DNA of 63,376 bases, filler included, from Saprolegnia diclina VS20 (taxonomy: Eukaryota): assembly GCF_000281045.1 (NCBI RefSeq). It is 11 parts of 2 records of this genome, joined end to end, with 100 filler letters (N's around TTAATTAATTAA, not from the genome) between each part and the next. Parts side by side here need not be neighbours in the genome. Positions count along the whole stretch, not along the records: positions 5,769 to 33,635 come from NW_008246080.1; 10 more parts are not named here. The stretch is one strand, 5' to 3'. The position numbers were made by a program, and so were the translations under genes. Every line of letters begins with the position of its first letter. Within the stretch, counting starts at the first letter, position 1. Below the pieces are notes generated by a model that made no database searches, was not told where the DNA came from, and saw only the letters and a list, made by a program, of their open reading frames with translations. Of this stretch, positions 11,901-25,348 are shown one piece after another.

Positions 11901-14900
11901 TCTGGCCCACGAGCTTGGCGAGGTGTTGGTGACACACAACCATCGAGTCCAAGTCGACCTTGTCGTCGTTGCTGGTCTCAAAGAGGCTGCACGCCTGCTG
12001 GATCGAGAGCAAAATGCTCTCGACAACCGTGTTGAAGCGGCCGCCGACTGCTTCGACGAGGTCGCGCGACTCGGTGGTTGCCGGCGCACGGTGCGAGGCC
12101 GCATCCGCCGCCCACTGCGCCTGCTCGGCGGTCAACGACGAGAGCGCATCCCGAATGCTGACGACCGACTTGGCGCTGCAGAACGCGTCCAGCTGCGCAA
12201 CCACGGCCTCGCCACCCGCCGCCGACGCCAAAAGCGGCGCCGGGTCGAGCCACAAGGCGCCCGGCTGCTCGAGCAAATGCGGCGAAAAGCCCGTCGTCGT
12301 CGACGCCGTCTTGTCTTGAAAGCCAAAGCTTGTCGCCGCGTCAAAGTTGCCGTCGTCGGACGGCACTTCGGGAATGCCAGAGTGCGCGGCCACCGACGCT
12401 TTGGCGACTTGCGCGCCGCACTGCTGCAGCGCCGTGAGGAGCTGGCCGAGCACCGGGTCGTCAGCAAAGAGCAGCAACAGTTCATCGACCCATTTCGTCA
12501 GCTGGAGCAGCGTCGCGGTCTGCGCGTCGCGCCACGCCGCCAAGAAGGTCTGGGCGTGGACGAGGTCGTGGGACGCCGGAAGCGACTGCAGTTGCGCGAG
12601 GCCAAAGAGGAGACCTTCGTGCGTCGACACCATCTGTGCGAGCAGCGCGCGCTGTTGCAGCATCGTGTGCAGCATGTTCTCAGCGTACCCCGACATGCGG
12701 TCTACCTCGGACCACGAAATGTCCTTGTTGTAGCCCGACGCGACCGTGAAGCGCATCGACTGGATCTGCGAGAGGAACCGGTAGTAGTAGCTGTCGGCGT
12801 GCGCCCAGAGGCCCGCGACTCCCGACGACGTAGTCGCTACGACGTCCGGGTGCAACCGAAGCACTGTGTCGACAAACGGCACGTCGAGCTCGAGCAACGA
12901 CTGCATGTGCTGCTGCTGCGGCGGCGTCTTGGTCTTGAGGTGCGAGAACCCCTGCGACTTGAGCTCGGCGAGGAGGTCGACGAGCGCCTTCTTCTTCGCA
13001 CCCTTGGGGGCCGAGTCCGACTTGAGCTTCTCAATGCGGTAAATGATCGTCTCGCAGAGGTCTTCACCGACGTGGCGACCAGCCTGATTGCGGCGCAGCG
13101 CCGCATCCGTGAGGAGCTCGGTCGCCGTGTACTTTTGGATCTTGCGCGTCAGCGTCGGGAGCTGCGCGACCCAGCGGAAGTTGTCCACGGCCGCCGTCCA
13201 CGCTTCGGGGAGCGCCACTGGTGCTTCCTTGGTCTTGGCCGGCATGAGCACGATGCGCCACACTTCCTTGGGCGCATCGTTTTCGTCGGCGTCGTCCTTG
13301 ATGTCCATCGGGGCGTCGTCGTCGGCGTCCTTTTCCGTGTCCTTGACGAGCTCGACAGGGTCGTCGCGCGCCTTGAGGTCGTTCCACGTCGTCTGAAGCG
13401 CTTGGATGCCGTCGTACTTTTCGTTGGTGATGTTGCCGTCGACGACCTTGTCGATGAACGTCTGCATCGGCATGTTGAGAATCTCTTCGTAGTCGCGGAC
13501 AAACTTCATGAGCTTGCGGTGGCTCTTCTCGGCCGACGCCGCGAGCGAGTAGTACGTCTGCTCGTCCCAGCGCGAGATCTTGATAAAGTCGTTGAGCTGC
13601 GTCTGGATCGGCGTCCGGAGCCGCGACCACAGCGGGTGGCACCCGTACGTAAGGTGCTGCGCGTAGAACCGGTACAAATGATACAAGGTCGACGCCAACC
13701 GAAGCGTCTCGAGCTTGGGCGCGTGCTGCACCTCGAGGAAGAGCTGGCCGCAGAACGCATAGAGCAGCACGAGTCGCGTCTGGAACTGGCCGACCGTGCA
13801 AGTGCGAAGGAACGCATCCATCGTGTCGAAGAGCTGGAAACGCCAGCCCTTGGCCAAGAGCTCCGTGTCCGGCATCGACGTGAGCGTGAACATCCAGTTG
13901 AGCGTTGCGACTTCGGGCACGACCGTCTCGTCACCGCTCGGCGGCGACGTCAGCAGCGTGTACAGGTGGAACCAAGCTTTGCGCGCCTCGAGCTGGAACT
14001 TGCGCTCCTTGATGAGCATGAGCTGCGGCCACGAGTAGAGCTCGAGCTTGCGCCAGCGCACGACAAGGCCGCTCAGCGACGCGATCTCGTCGGTGATTGC
14101 GACGTCCCGAGACGCAATCGCCTGCCAGTCTTGGGCGTTCTTGAGGAGGAGCTCGACACCGACAAGGATCTGCGCCAGCGGCACGTGCATCGACATTTGC
14201 CGCAGCCGGTTGGCCAGCAACAAGAGCTTTTGCAGAATCGCATTGTCGGGCCACTGCTCGAGAAGCGTCCGGACGCGGAGCATGAAGCGCTGGAGCGGCG
14301 ACCGCACCATGACGACCTCCTTGACGTGCGCATCCTTGTGAAAGTCAATGCCCGCCACGTACGCCGCCGAGAGCTGCGAAAAGACCACGTTCGACGCCGG
14401 CGCCTGCTGCGCAAGCGACTGCTGCGCGTACACAATGTGGCCGCCACGCGTCGACACGTCGAGGGCCTCGTCGCGGAGGTCGTTGATCGACGCCTTGAGG
14501 TGGAACCCGACCTCGTACATGGTCTGGACCGCGGCCGCGCGCGACGTCGTGTAGCGCGTGTGCTGCGTAAAGAGGCGTTCGTGGGCAAACGAGACGAGCT
14601 GAATGACGGCGTCCGGGAGCGGCGACGCATCGATTGTCGGGTCAACGTCGGCGGGCGTCGCCACCAGCGGGTCCTCCAAGAGGTCCGAGAACGCCTTGGC
14701 AAAGTCGGGGAACTGCTGCCGGTACTCGCGCTCGAGGATTTGCTCTTCCGAGTCGATCTCGAGCGTCCGCGCTTTGAACCGGAAAAGCTGCTCGTCTTCT
14801 TCCCGCTTCTTGTCCATTTTCGCTTGGTTCTCCGTCCAGAGCGTCATGTAGCCATCAAAGATCGACTGCGCGACCGCGAGGTACGCGCCATTGGCCGCCG

Positions 14901-17900
14901 ACTTGCGCCGGAAGAGCTGCAGCTGGTCGGTGTTTTGGAGCTCGAGCTGGTACAACGCCGTCGTCAACCGGTGCAACCGCGGCACATGGTGGGCATCGAG
15001 AACCGCACCGTGGTCCAAAAGCGCCGACGCCGTCACCGGCAAACTCGCGGGGCTCGGCACACTGAGCAGCGTGCGCGCCAAGGACGCAATCGCCGGCTTG
15101 TCCTGCGCCGTGACGACGCTCATGAGCAGCGAGAGACCGTCCTTGGCGTGGTAGATGGCTGCAACCACCGGCTCGATGACGTCGCCAAACACAACGTACT
15201 TGTGCTGCAGCCGACGCACAAAGCTCTCGGTGGTCTGCTGGAACATGATGAGCTCGCGGAGCACTTGGCTGCTCTCATTTGCGTCGATCGCGAGCGCTTC
15301 GCACCAGCCGACGACCTTGGCCGTCATGATGGTCGAGCCAAACCGGACAATCTCTTGGAAGGCCGCACCAAAGAGCGCATCGTCGCACGGCCGCGCGATC
15401 GCCTTGTCGGTAAGCGCATCGACCTTGGCGATCGAGACGTCGACGTTCTCGGCCACGTACGCCTGCGGCGACTGCGCCTGGAGCACCGTGTCGACCGTGT
15501 TACGGCACGAAGCCCGCGCAATCTGCTGCAAAAGCACGTCGCGCTTGATGAGCGGCAATAACGCCGGGTCGAGCGGCGACGTCGGCGTCAAGAGGCCAAA
15601 GCGCCAGAGACCCAGAAGCGTCCACTGCACACCCTGCTGGCGCATCGACCCGCGTGGGAGACGCGCCGAGAGCACAAGACACGCCTTGAGAATCGGGAGC
15701 GACGCCACAAACCGAGCGTCTTTTGACGTCGCAAGCAGCGCCAGAAGATCGGTTGCGTCGCCACTTGCCGCGTAGACCGCCAGCGCGTCGTGCGCGTGAG
15801 GCACAAACACAAGCACCGTTGCGGACAGCAAATGCCACCAGTACGCGCCGCTGGTCGCGTCCAGGTCCGGGCACTCGTGGTGCTCGAGCCAGTGGGCGAC
15901 CGCCTGCTGGAGCTTGGCGGTCGCAGCCGTCACGTCGACGATCGGCGTTTGCTTGAGCGGCTGGAGGTAGTGCAGCGCAAGCGTCGTTTCGACCGCCTGG
16001 TGCAGCCGCAAAAGACCGCCCGTCGAGGTCAGGGCCGCCTCTTGGCTCTCGGTGTGGTACACGCGGTTCGAGATCTTGTCGGCGTGCACGATACTGCTGT
16101 TCCAGAGGCGGTCGTGGAACGAGACGTAGATCGACTGCATGTGCTTGGTCACGACCCGCTTGAACTCGGCGTGGTCGTCGAGCGTCAGCGCCTTGCTGTT
16201 GTCGAGGTACACATGGCCGCGCCAGAGCACATCTTGGTACGGCACGAGCGTCACCGGCGACCGCGTCGGCACGTAGCGCTGCAGCGGCAGCCACTTGTCG
16301 ATGCAGGCGAGGACCACCGGCACTTTGGTTGCAAACGACGCCAGCGGCGCCACGAGCAACTCGGACAAGTTTGCCACAATCTGGTGCTCGAGACGGAGAT
16401 ACAAGAGCTCCCGGAGCGGGCTCAACTGCAGCTGGATCCACATCTCCACCACCTTGCTGTTGTCGTCCGCGAGTAGCAGCACCGTCTTGGTCTCACCGCG
16501 GTCCATGTCGTCGTCGGGCGGCGTCAAATGCACGAGCATGTGCTTGTGCTCGGCGGCAAACTTGGCCTGCATCGCATCGTACGACGTGGACAGCGTCTTG
16601 GGCAGCTGCTGCAGCGTCGCAAACGACTGGTTGGCCGTCTCGATGAACCACGTGTACGTCGTGAGCGCGTGGAGGAGCTCTTGGCGGAATGCATGCGGCA
16701 CCGAGAGGAGGCTGGACGGCGTAAACTCGTACACCGACGACGTCGTGCAAAGCATATCGAGCAGCGACACTTGCTGCTGGTGACCGGCGGCGGTGAGCGG
16801 CCCAGTCGCGGTCGCGGCGAGGCCCTCGACGGCCGAGATGGCCGACCACGTCGTGAGCGACGGTGGCAGCTGCCGGTGGCCGCCGCGCTTCCACAGCGCG
16901 TCCTTGGAGCGGGCAACGCCCATGCAGGTAGTAATACCAAACTCCATGCGCTCGAGCATGTCCTTGGCGTGTACGACCGCGGTGGAGAGCGTGAGCACAT
17001 GCGTCTCGAGGTCGTTGAAGCCCTTGACGAGCCACTTCCACACCACCAAGAACGGGTGCCACGGAAACACAGGGGACGCAGTCGAGAAGACGCGGCCAAG
17101 CGCGTACCGGAGGTCAATCACCTTGGCGACGGCAGCCACGTGGCGCGCCGAGAGCACCTTGTACATGCTGAGCTGGACGAATTCGTCGAGAACCGCATCG
17201 AGCGCGTGCAAGGTCGGAAAGACAATCGGGATGAGATCGTTCTCGACGTCGACCGACTCGGCGCCGTGGAGGAAGCACTCGTACGACACGTTGAGGAGCG
17301 TCGCTGCCGCCTTCTTATTCGTCTTTTTGAGCGCCCGCTTGGTCTTCTTGGCCGTCGTCGTCACTTCAGTCGTTGCGAGACCCAAGAGCACCTGCTCTTG
17401 GAACCGAGGCCACCACATGTGTTGCAGCTACAAACACCAAATGCAGATGAGATCAGCGGGAGCGGCGAAGCGCGTACCATCTCGAGCGACTGTACAAGGG
17501 CGTCCACCGGTTGCCACTGCGTCTCAACGCTCGCCGCGTCCGACACCGCCTGCAGCAGCGCCGTCTTGAGCACGTGCAACGCCGGCGGGTTCGCAACAAG
17601 CGACGAGAGGTGCGGGGCCGCCACGGCCGCGCACGTCGCAATGGCTGACGACAGGCCGTTGAGAATCGACTGCAAAAGCACTTCCGACCCGAGCCACGTG
17701 CCAAACGGGTGCGAGCATTGGGCGTGGAAGCCCGACGGTTGGCCGCTGCGGTACAGCGCCCACGGAAGAAGCTCCGTCGTCATGGCAGCAGTCGCATCCT
17801 GCAGACCGGCCGTCGCGCACTGCGTCCAAACGGCTTCGTCGTTCAAGAGCAAATGGCGCGGCCATTTGTCCGACACCGTCGCCGTCGTCCAGAGCTGCAC

Positions 17901-20900
17901 CCATTCGATGAGCTGGCTCGGCGACGACGCCAGGTGCAATGGGAGGCGCGCATCACGCGCAGCCATGCCACCGACAGCGTCCTGCACAAGCATCTGCGTC
18001 GAGACGGCGGCCGTGCCGGCGTCGACACCGAGTTCCACCGTGCCAAACGTTGAGCCGTACACATCCTGCGTCGCAAGCTCGAGCGCCTCGGCGAACGCGG
18101 CGCCGTGGTCGAGGAGCGCCTGCACGAGCTGGCTCCAGTTGACCGCGTGGCGCATCGAAATCGACTTGTCGAGGCTCGCCTTGTCGTAGTGCACAGCGTG
18201 GAGGCGGTCGTAGACAGCGACGGGGTAGGCCACCGACGTGGCTGCGCCCTGGATAAGCGACACAAAGTCCATCTTGGGGCTGCTGGCCATGTCGTTCGGG
18301 ACGAGCGCGACTTCAATGCAGCGGTTGCGCATGGCGCGGGACACTTCGCCAAACTGCGCGTCCATCGCGAGGAAGATGCGAAAGTTCTTGTGGGGCTTGA
18401 CGACGCGGAGGTTGCCGTTGACAACACCACACTCGTTGACGAGCAATTCGCCGTTGATCTCGAGGAGCGAGTTGAGACGGTCGAGCACCGACGCCGAGCA
18501 AAAGTTGACATTGTCCAAAAGCAGCCAGTCGCCGAGCTCCATGGCCCGCAGAAGCGCGCCGTCGACCCACTCGAAGCAGCTGCTGCGCGCCGGCGACGCC
18601 ACGAGCGTCCGAATGCTCGTCAACTGCGCGTGAATCGACGCGATGCTGTCCACCGACGGCGCGTGCGGCGAGAGCACCGACACGACGTGGTCCAACAGAT
18701 CCAACTGCATCGGGTCCATCTCGCCCTTGTGCGCCTTCCTACAGAAGCAAAGACCCATGAGATACAGAGGAATACGTAAAGACTGGCGTACCACGCGGCT
18801 TGGCGCTGGTGCACCGCGGCCACGGCTTGCGTCACGGCGTTGAACTCGGCCGTCTTGGCGTCGAGCAGCAGCTTTTGCTGGACAACAGCCACCACGTCGC
18901 TGAGCTCGCGCATCGCTTCTTGCACGCGGCGCTGAACGTCAACTTGTTCGAAACAGCCGAGGAGCTCGGTCGCGTCCGTGCCCGTGCTGAGCCCCAGTTC
19001 GTGCAGCTTGCGACCCGTCATGGCCGCGAGAAGACGCACGATCGCGGTTTTGCCCGACCCCGACGGACCGACGAGCAGCGCCGGCCACTGCAAGTGCAAG
19101 CAATGCATGAGCGCTTGCATGGGCTCGAGCCACTGGTTGAGAAGCGGCGGGAGCGCATCGAGGTTGGGCAGCACAGCGTGCACGCGCGGCAAGATCGCCG
19201 TCCCGACCTGGAGGTACGTGGGCGTGAGTTGAAACACCGGCGGCGCCGGCGCCGACGGCCCAAACGCGGCCACGCGCTTGGCCTCAATGATCGCACGGTC
19301 CGCGGTCGAGCGGAAGCGCGACCCATACAGCATCGGGATGAACGCCGAGACGTCGTAGGGCGGCGCCTGGAACTTGTCAACGAGCGTGCACCAGCGAAAG
19401 ACGTCGCGGAGGTTGAACTCCCAAGGGGCACCGTGACGGCCAAACGAGCACGCGACCATCGTCTCATGGTGGACTTGGCTGTTGAACGCAATCATCTTGT
19501 GCACGTCGTTCGCCGGGATCGACGGGTACAAGGCCGTCGCAATCACGCGCAGATCCGTCTCGTGCAGCGAGTCGACGACGACGCGCGTGAAGCGATTCAA
19601 GAACGACTTGGGCAGACCCTTGCGACCGCCGCCTTGGCGCAGCGGGTTCTGCGCCGCAAAGACGCGGAACGACTTGGGACACACAAAGCTCTGGTCGATC
19701 TCGGGGATGTAGACGGTCCCACGATGATCGAGACACGCGTTGAGACCTTCGAGCACCGACTGCGACGCCAAGTTGAGTTCATCGAGCAGCACCCAGTGCC
19801 CGGCTTTCAATGCCCGAAGGAAGACACCGTCGCACCACGAGAACGGCGACGACGCGTTGGCGTCCGTCGACGGCAAGTCCGACCCAAAGAGATCGGCCAC
19901 GTCCGTCTGTTCCGAGAGGTTGATGCGCACGAGCGTGTGGCCCGAGAGCTGCGCGAGCGCGTGGATGAGCGACGTCTTGCCGACGCCCGGGCTGCCTTCG
20001 AGCAAAATTGGCCGCGGCACTTGGAGCGCACGGAGCACGCGGTGGAGGTTGCCAAGCGTCGTGGGGGCCGCAAGCGAGAAGGGCTGCGGCGTCACCGGCT
20101 CGGGGCCCTTGGCAATCATAAACGGGGCGACACCGCAGATCGCACCTTCGTCGACCCAGTCCATCGACACCTGTGCCATAAGCGCGCTCGGGAGCGCCGC
20201 CGAGAGCATTTCGTAGGCTGTCGCTCGCGCCGTCGTCGCCGCATGCAACGACTGCGTCGATCCCAGGCCGAGACCGTCGAGGACTGCGAGGGCCGCGCCT
20301 TGCACGTACGCAAGTGCCGGGTCGAGGTCCGACGCGTTCACAAAGTCGAGCCACGAGAGAAGATCACGGAGCGTCACCTTCCAGCCGTTGGACGCAAACT
20401 TGGCGTTGAACTGCTGCACAAACGTGAGCACCGGGTCCGCGAGGTGCGCCGACGGCCCCGGCAGCCGGTCGCGAATCACGATCTGGAGGTCGTCGAGGCG
20501 CGAGAGGCTCGGCACCCAAATCTCGGTAAAGCGGTTCCGGAGCGCCGGCGAGAGCTCGCGCTTGCCAAAGTCCCCGCCCGGGTTCATCGTCGCCAGGATG
20601 CGCCACGGTTCCGCCGCCGTAATGTGCTCGGCCGTGTCGCCCTTCTCGGCGAGCACGAGGCCGCGCGAAGGCTCCAGCACCGAGTTGAGACGTTCGAGGA
20701 CCGCGTCGTCGGCCAAGTTGATCTCGTCGACGAGCAGCAAGTCGCCGGCCTTCATCGAGCTCACAAGCGGACCGTCCACCCACTCAAAGAGCGCAACGGC
20801 CTTGGCCTTCAAGCTCTGGATCGTCGCGTGCAGCTCCAGGAGCGTCGTATCCTCCGCGTTGAGCGCGAGCACCTTGGGCAAGAGGCTGTCCAGAAGGCCG

Positions 20901-23900
20901 CCGATCGTCGCCAAGTTCAAGTCGGCGCGGAGCACCGACGTGTCGAGCGTGTCAGGGTAGCTCGCCGAGACATGCGCATCGAGCTGCGCGAGCGCGGCCG
21001 TGAGCTGTCGCAGCACCTGCTCTTTCGCGCGCACCGGCCGGAGGCTACCAAGAAAGTCGGCTGTCTCCGTGTGCTGGTGGCAGTTGAGAATGTGCAACGT
21101 CTGGTCAAACAAGAGCGAGTAGAGCTGGCACACGGTCGTCTTGCCACAGCCCGTATCACCGACCAGCAAGATCGGTTCCTTGTGCTGCAGACACCGGCCA
21201 ACAAGCGCAAAGAGCCGGCGCAACGACGACGTGATCGAGATGGACGACAGCCCGCTGTGATTGCCCTTGGCGTCGACGTCACTGAGCTTGGCTTGCACTT
21301 GAGCAAACTGCTCGGGCGTACCCCACACCGTCGCCGGCGTATCACCGATCACGTTCGTCGGGACCGCCACGCCATTGTAGAGCGCGTCCAAGTCGATCGT
21401 GACACCACAGCGCTTCTCGAGCACCTGCTGGACGACGAGCTTGTCTTCGTCCTTCCGGAGGCGCTCGGCGAGGAGAAAATACCCTTCTTCGGCCACGCGC
21501 TGCTTGGTCGTCGGCGCGCGCTGCGCCCAGCGGAGAAGGTCGCGCGTCGTGATGAAGCCGGCCTTGCCCGCAAAGACACTCGACTGCGCGCGGACGCGCT
21601 GGAGGTCGAGCATGATCTCGATGAGGAGGTTGCAGTAGCTCGGCGGGAGGGCGCTGCGCTCTTGCAAAATCATCTGGAGCTCGTTCGCCGGCACTTCGTC
21701 GACTTGGAGCTCGATGAAGCGGTTCCGGAAGGCGCGCGAGAGCACCTTGCGACCGCCGTACAAGCCCGGCGGGTTCTGCGTCGCAAACAGCATGAAGCGC
21801 GGGTGCGGCGTGATCGTCGTCTGCGTCTCTGGCACGTAAAGCTCGCGGTTGTCGTCGAGGAGGCGGTTGAGCGCTTCGAGGACTTCGGACGGCGCGAGGT
21901 TGAGCTCATCGAGGATGATCCACCAGCCATGACGCACCGCCTGCACGAGGACGCCCTCCTGGAACGTGAGCTTGCCGTCGGCGTCCGACACGTACGCGCC
22001 CAGGTACTCTTGAATGTCTGTGTGCTCGTGGTTGTTAATGCGTACACACTTTTGCCCAAGGCGCGCAGCCACATACAAGATGAGCGACGTTTTCCCGGCC
22101 GACGTCGGGCCTTGCAGCAGCAGCGGGTACTTGCCAATGACGACGGACCGCGCGACGTGCCGGAGGTTTTGCTCGACGCTCGGCGTCAGCACAAACTTCT
22201 TGAGGTTCGTGACCGGGTCGGGAATCGCGTCGTCGACCGGCGTCAGCTCGCCCTTTGGCACCCAGTACGAGCTCACGAGCTCGAACGTGTCGCCCGACTT
22301 GCGGGGCTTGGGCGGCGCCTGGTCGAGCTCCTTGGTCTTGATGTTGGGCGCAAACGTCTTCTTGATCGTCTTCATCATGATGGTCCGCGACATGGCATCG
22401 AGCTGCGTCGCAAAGCCCATCGAGAAGCTTTCGTACAAGGCGCGCGGGAGGCTGTAGCCGCGCTGGAGCATCGTCTTGGTCATGAGCAGCGACCGTGTCA
22501 GCGTGCGGAGCGAGTACCGTGGCCGTTGGCGCGCGCCGTCGTTGAGCACGTCGATCGCCATTTGACGCGCACTGAGGTAGAACACGACGGTCTCGGCGAC
22601 CGGCGCGTTGACCATCTCCTTCCACTGCTGCGAAACGAGCAGCGTCAAGTCGCGCGGGCAGACGCACTCGTCCACGTACACTTGGGTGAACCGGTTGCGG
22701 AGCGAGGGTGGGAGGTCCTTCTTGCCCACGTCGGTCGGCGGGTTCATGGCCGCAAAGACGCGGAAGTTCGGGTGCGGCTTGAGCACGTCGACGTCGCCGC
22801 GCTCGGTGAGCGACAAGCCCGAGTGCTCGCCTTCGAGGACGCTTGCGAGCCGCTCCAACGTGTCGGCGCCGGCCAAGTTGATTTCATCAAGGAGGATCCA
22901 GTGGCCGGCCTTCATCGCCTGCACGAGCATGCCCTCGACGAACGAGAACGCAAAGCTCGACTCGACTTGCTGGTACTGGCGCTGAAATTTGGCGAGCGCG
23001 CTCCCAAACTGCGCCCACGTGAGCGCACTCTGGTCGAGCTTCATCTTCTTGGCCTTGGCATCGGCCATCGCAATCGCCTTGGTCATGCCTTGCGTCATTT
23101 TCTTGTACTGCTTGGCCGCGAACGCTTTTTGAATCGCATGCAAGAACGACGCGTTCGCAGACGATGGAAACGTCGATGAGAAGAGGTTGACAAAGTCCAT
23201 GTACAGCGGCCGCGCCAGCTGGTAGACATCGACGGGCTTGTAGCCGCCGAGCAGGTCTGCGCTGTCGCTCTGCACGTTGAGGTTTTGCACGACGAGCGTC
23301 TGGCCCATCGCCGACGCAAGGTACTGGATCAGCGTGGTCTTGCCACAACCGGTTTCACCGACGAGCAAGGTCGGCTCGAACGTCGAGACGGTCGCTGCGA
23401 GCTGCTCCATGAGCCGCAGACAATGGCCCGTGAGCACAAACGGAATCTGGTGGCCGGTGCTCGACGACTGCGACAGCGCCTGCAGCTGGACACGGCCGAC
23501 GGTCACCGACGCGTGGTGCGGCACAAAGTTGGGCCGGTGGTCGCGCAGCTGCGTCTCGACGACCTCGGGCTGCACCTGCCAGAGGCCACCGATCGAGGTC
23601 GCAGCGGCAATGCGAGCGTCCATGTCGCGAATGCCCATGCAAAAGATGTCCCACGCCTCGCGCGCCAAGTCGTCCCGCATGGCCTGCGTGAGGTACTGCC
23701 CGGGCTCAATGTGGCCGTGGAGCTTCATGACGCGCGTGCACCACTTGAGCACGTCCCGGAGCGAGAAGCCGCGCCCGTAGCTCTGACGCGCCGCGCGCCA
23801 GATCGCCGAGCTCTCGTCCGTCACGAGCGTAAATGTACCGAGAATGAGATCCGTCACGTGCGCCGGGAGCTGCGGAAACTGCTTGGCAACGACGAGCGCG

Positions 23901-25129
23901 ATCTCGTCCATGTGCATCGGCACCACGGGAATGCGGTGCCAGAGCGAGAGCGGGAAGCCTTTTGGCATGGCCGAGATCGGCTTGCGGCTCGTCGCGAGCA
24001 ACTGGAAGCCGGGCGCCGCCGGCACGCGGTGGCCACGCACGAGCAGCTCCTGCGTCGTCAGCAGCGGCAGAAGCGCCGCCAGCACGTCCATGGACGCGCG
24101 GTCAATGTCTTCGATGAGCACCCACCGGCCTTCGGTCACGGCCTGCGTCAACGCGCCCGGCTGCCACGTAAACTCGCCAGGGACGTCCGTGCACACGTAC
24201 GACCCGAGCAGCGTCTTGCTGTCCATTTGATCGTCCAGGTGCAGCTCGACGAGGTCGCTATGGCCCGTGCGCTGTGCGAGCTCGCGCAGAATCGCCGTCT
24301 TACCAGCGCCGTCCGCGCCCGAAACCAAAAGCGGGCGGCGCAAGCTCAGCGCAATGGCAAGCGACCGCAGCCCCGCCACCGTCGACGGCGTCTCGACGAG
24401 CGCCGGGTACGCGCTTTGGTGTTTCGTCGCGCGGAAGGGCACAAGGATGCCGCAAATGTCGGTCAGCGTCGGTGGCAGCGGCGCACCCGAGACCTGGTGC
24501 GTGGTCGTCTGCGTCAGGTGCATCGTCGGTCGGGGGCTCGAAACGCTCTCGATATGCGCCAAGAACACGTCGCGCGTCGCATTGTCCATACGCAGAAGCA
24601 GGCTCGTCGCACGCATGGCCTCGGCGCGCACAAGTTGATCGGCGTCGGCGCACAAGGCGTAGAATGGCGCCCAGTTCCACATGCTCAGGATCGTGTCGAG
24701 CTGCACTGACGCGAGAAGGCGCGCGGTGGTCGCGGCGCGGCGCTTGCGGCTGATCGACATGGTCTCAATGTGGTGGAAGAAGCACCGGCTCGTCTCGAGC
24801 CACGGCTGCACGAGCGGCCAAATGCGCGGCGTGACCTGCAGCACGCGCGCAAACGTGAGCGAGAGGCGCTCGTGCTTGTTGTCGTCAAAGTCGTTCATCG
24901 TAAGGAGGCGCGCGGCGAGCTCGAGCAGGAACGGGCGGAACGCAGCGCAGATGGCGTCGCAGAGCGTCGCGTCGTCGGCCGCGAGAAGGCGCGCAAGGCT
25001 GTGGAGGGTAGAGGTGGCGTCGTTGGCGGCGGCGAGCGCCGACCGCACTGAGGTCGTCACGGCGGGCGACAGCGCAGCATGGTCGAGCTGCGTAAGGAAG
25101 CCAACGACCGCTTCGCCAAGATCGGCCAT
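8902..25129 (-). CDS. MDN1: Midasin (Rea1), AAA+ ATPase for 60S maturation. Exons 25129-18792, 18738-17478, 17427-8902; about 5374 aa
   Basis: Six AAA modules (GADGAGKT, GETGCGKT, GPTSAGKT, GDTGCGKT, GSPGVGKT, GPSGSGKT), a long linker, a D/E-rich region and a C-terminal MIDAS/VWA (IDDSESM, ISDG). Introns of 53 and 50 nt join the three ORFs in frame (16125 nt). Confidence 0.97.
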
Positions 25130-25293
25130 ATCTTGAACTTGCGTGGTCCAGTAGCGGATTCGAACCAAACCAATCAACGCCCAACGCCATTTGATTGGTC
25201 CCGCCACATCCGGATACTACATCCGGATGTCGACGCCGAAACCGTGCGAAACCGGCCACGACGAGAAAGGACTCTAGCGCCCTTGCGCTCCGC

Positions 25294-25348
25294 AACTAAA
25301 TCCCATATAAAACTAAATCTCATACTAGTATAAAACTAAATCTCATAT
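25294..25348. repeat. Short AT-rich tandem repeat, three copies of AACTAAATC(C/T)CATA
   Basis: Three near-identical units are visible upstream of MDN1. Confidence 0.6.

Noticed and set aside
9481..15561. 2026-aa plus-strand ORF (also 18800-23179 and 16528-18189)
   Set aside because: Antisense shadows of midasin caused by strong GC3 bias; no domain motifs.
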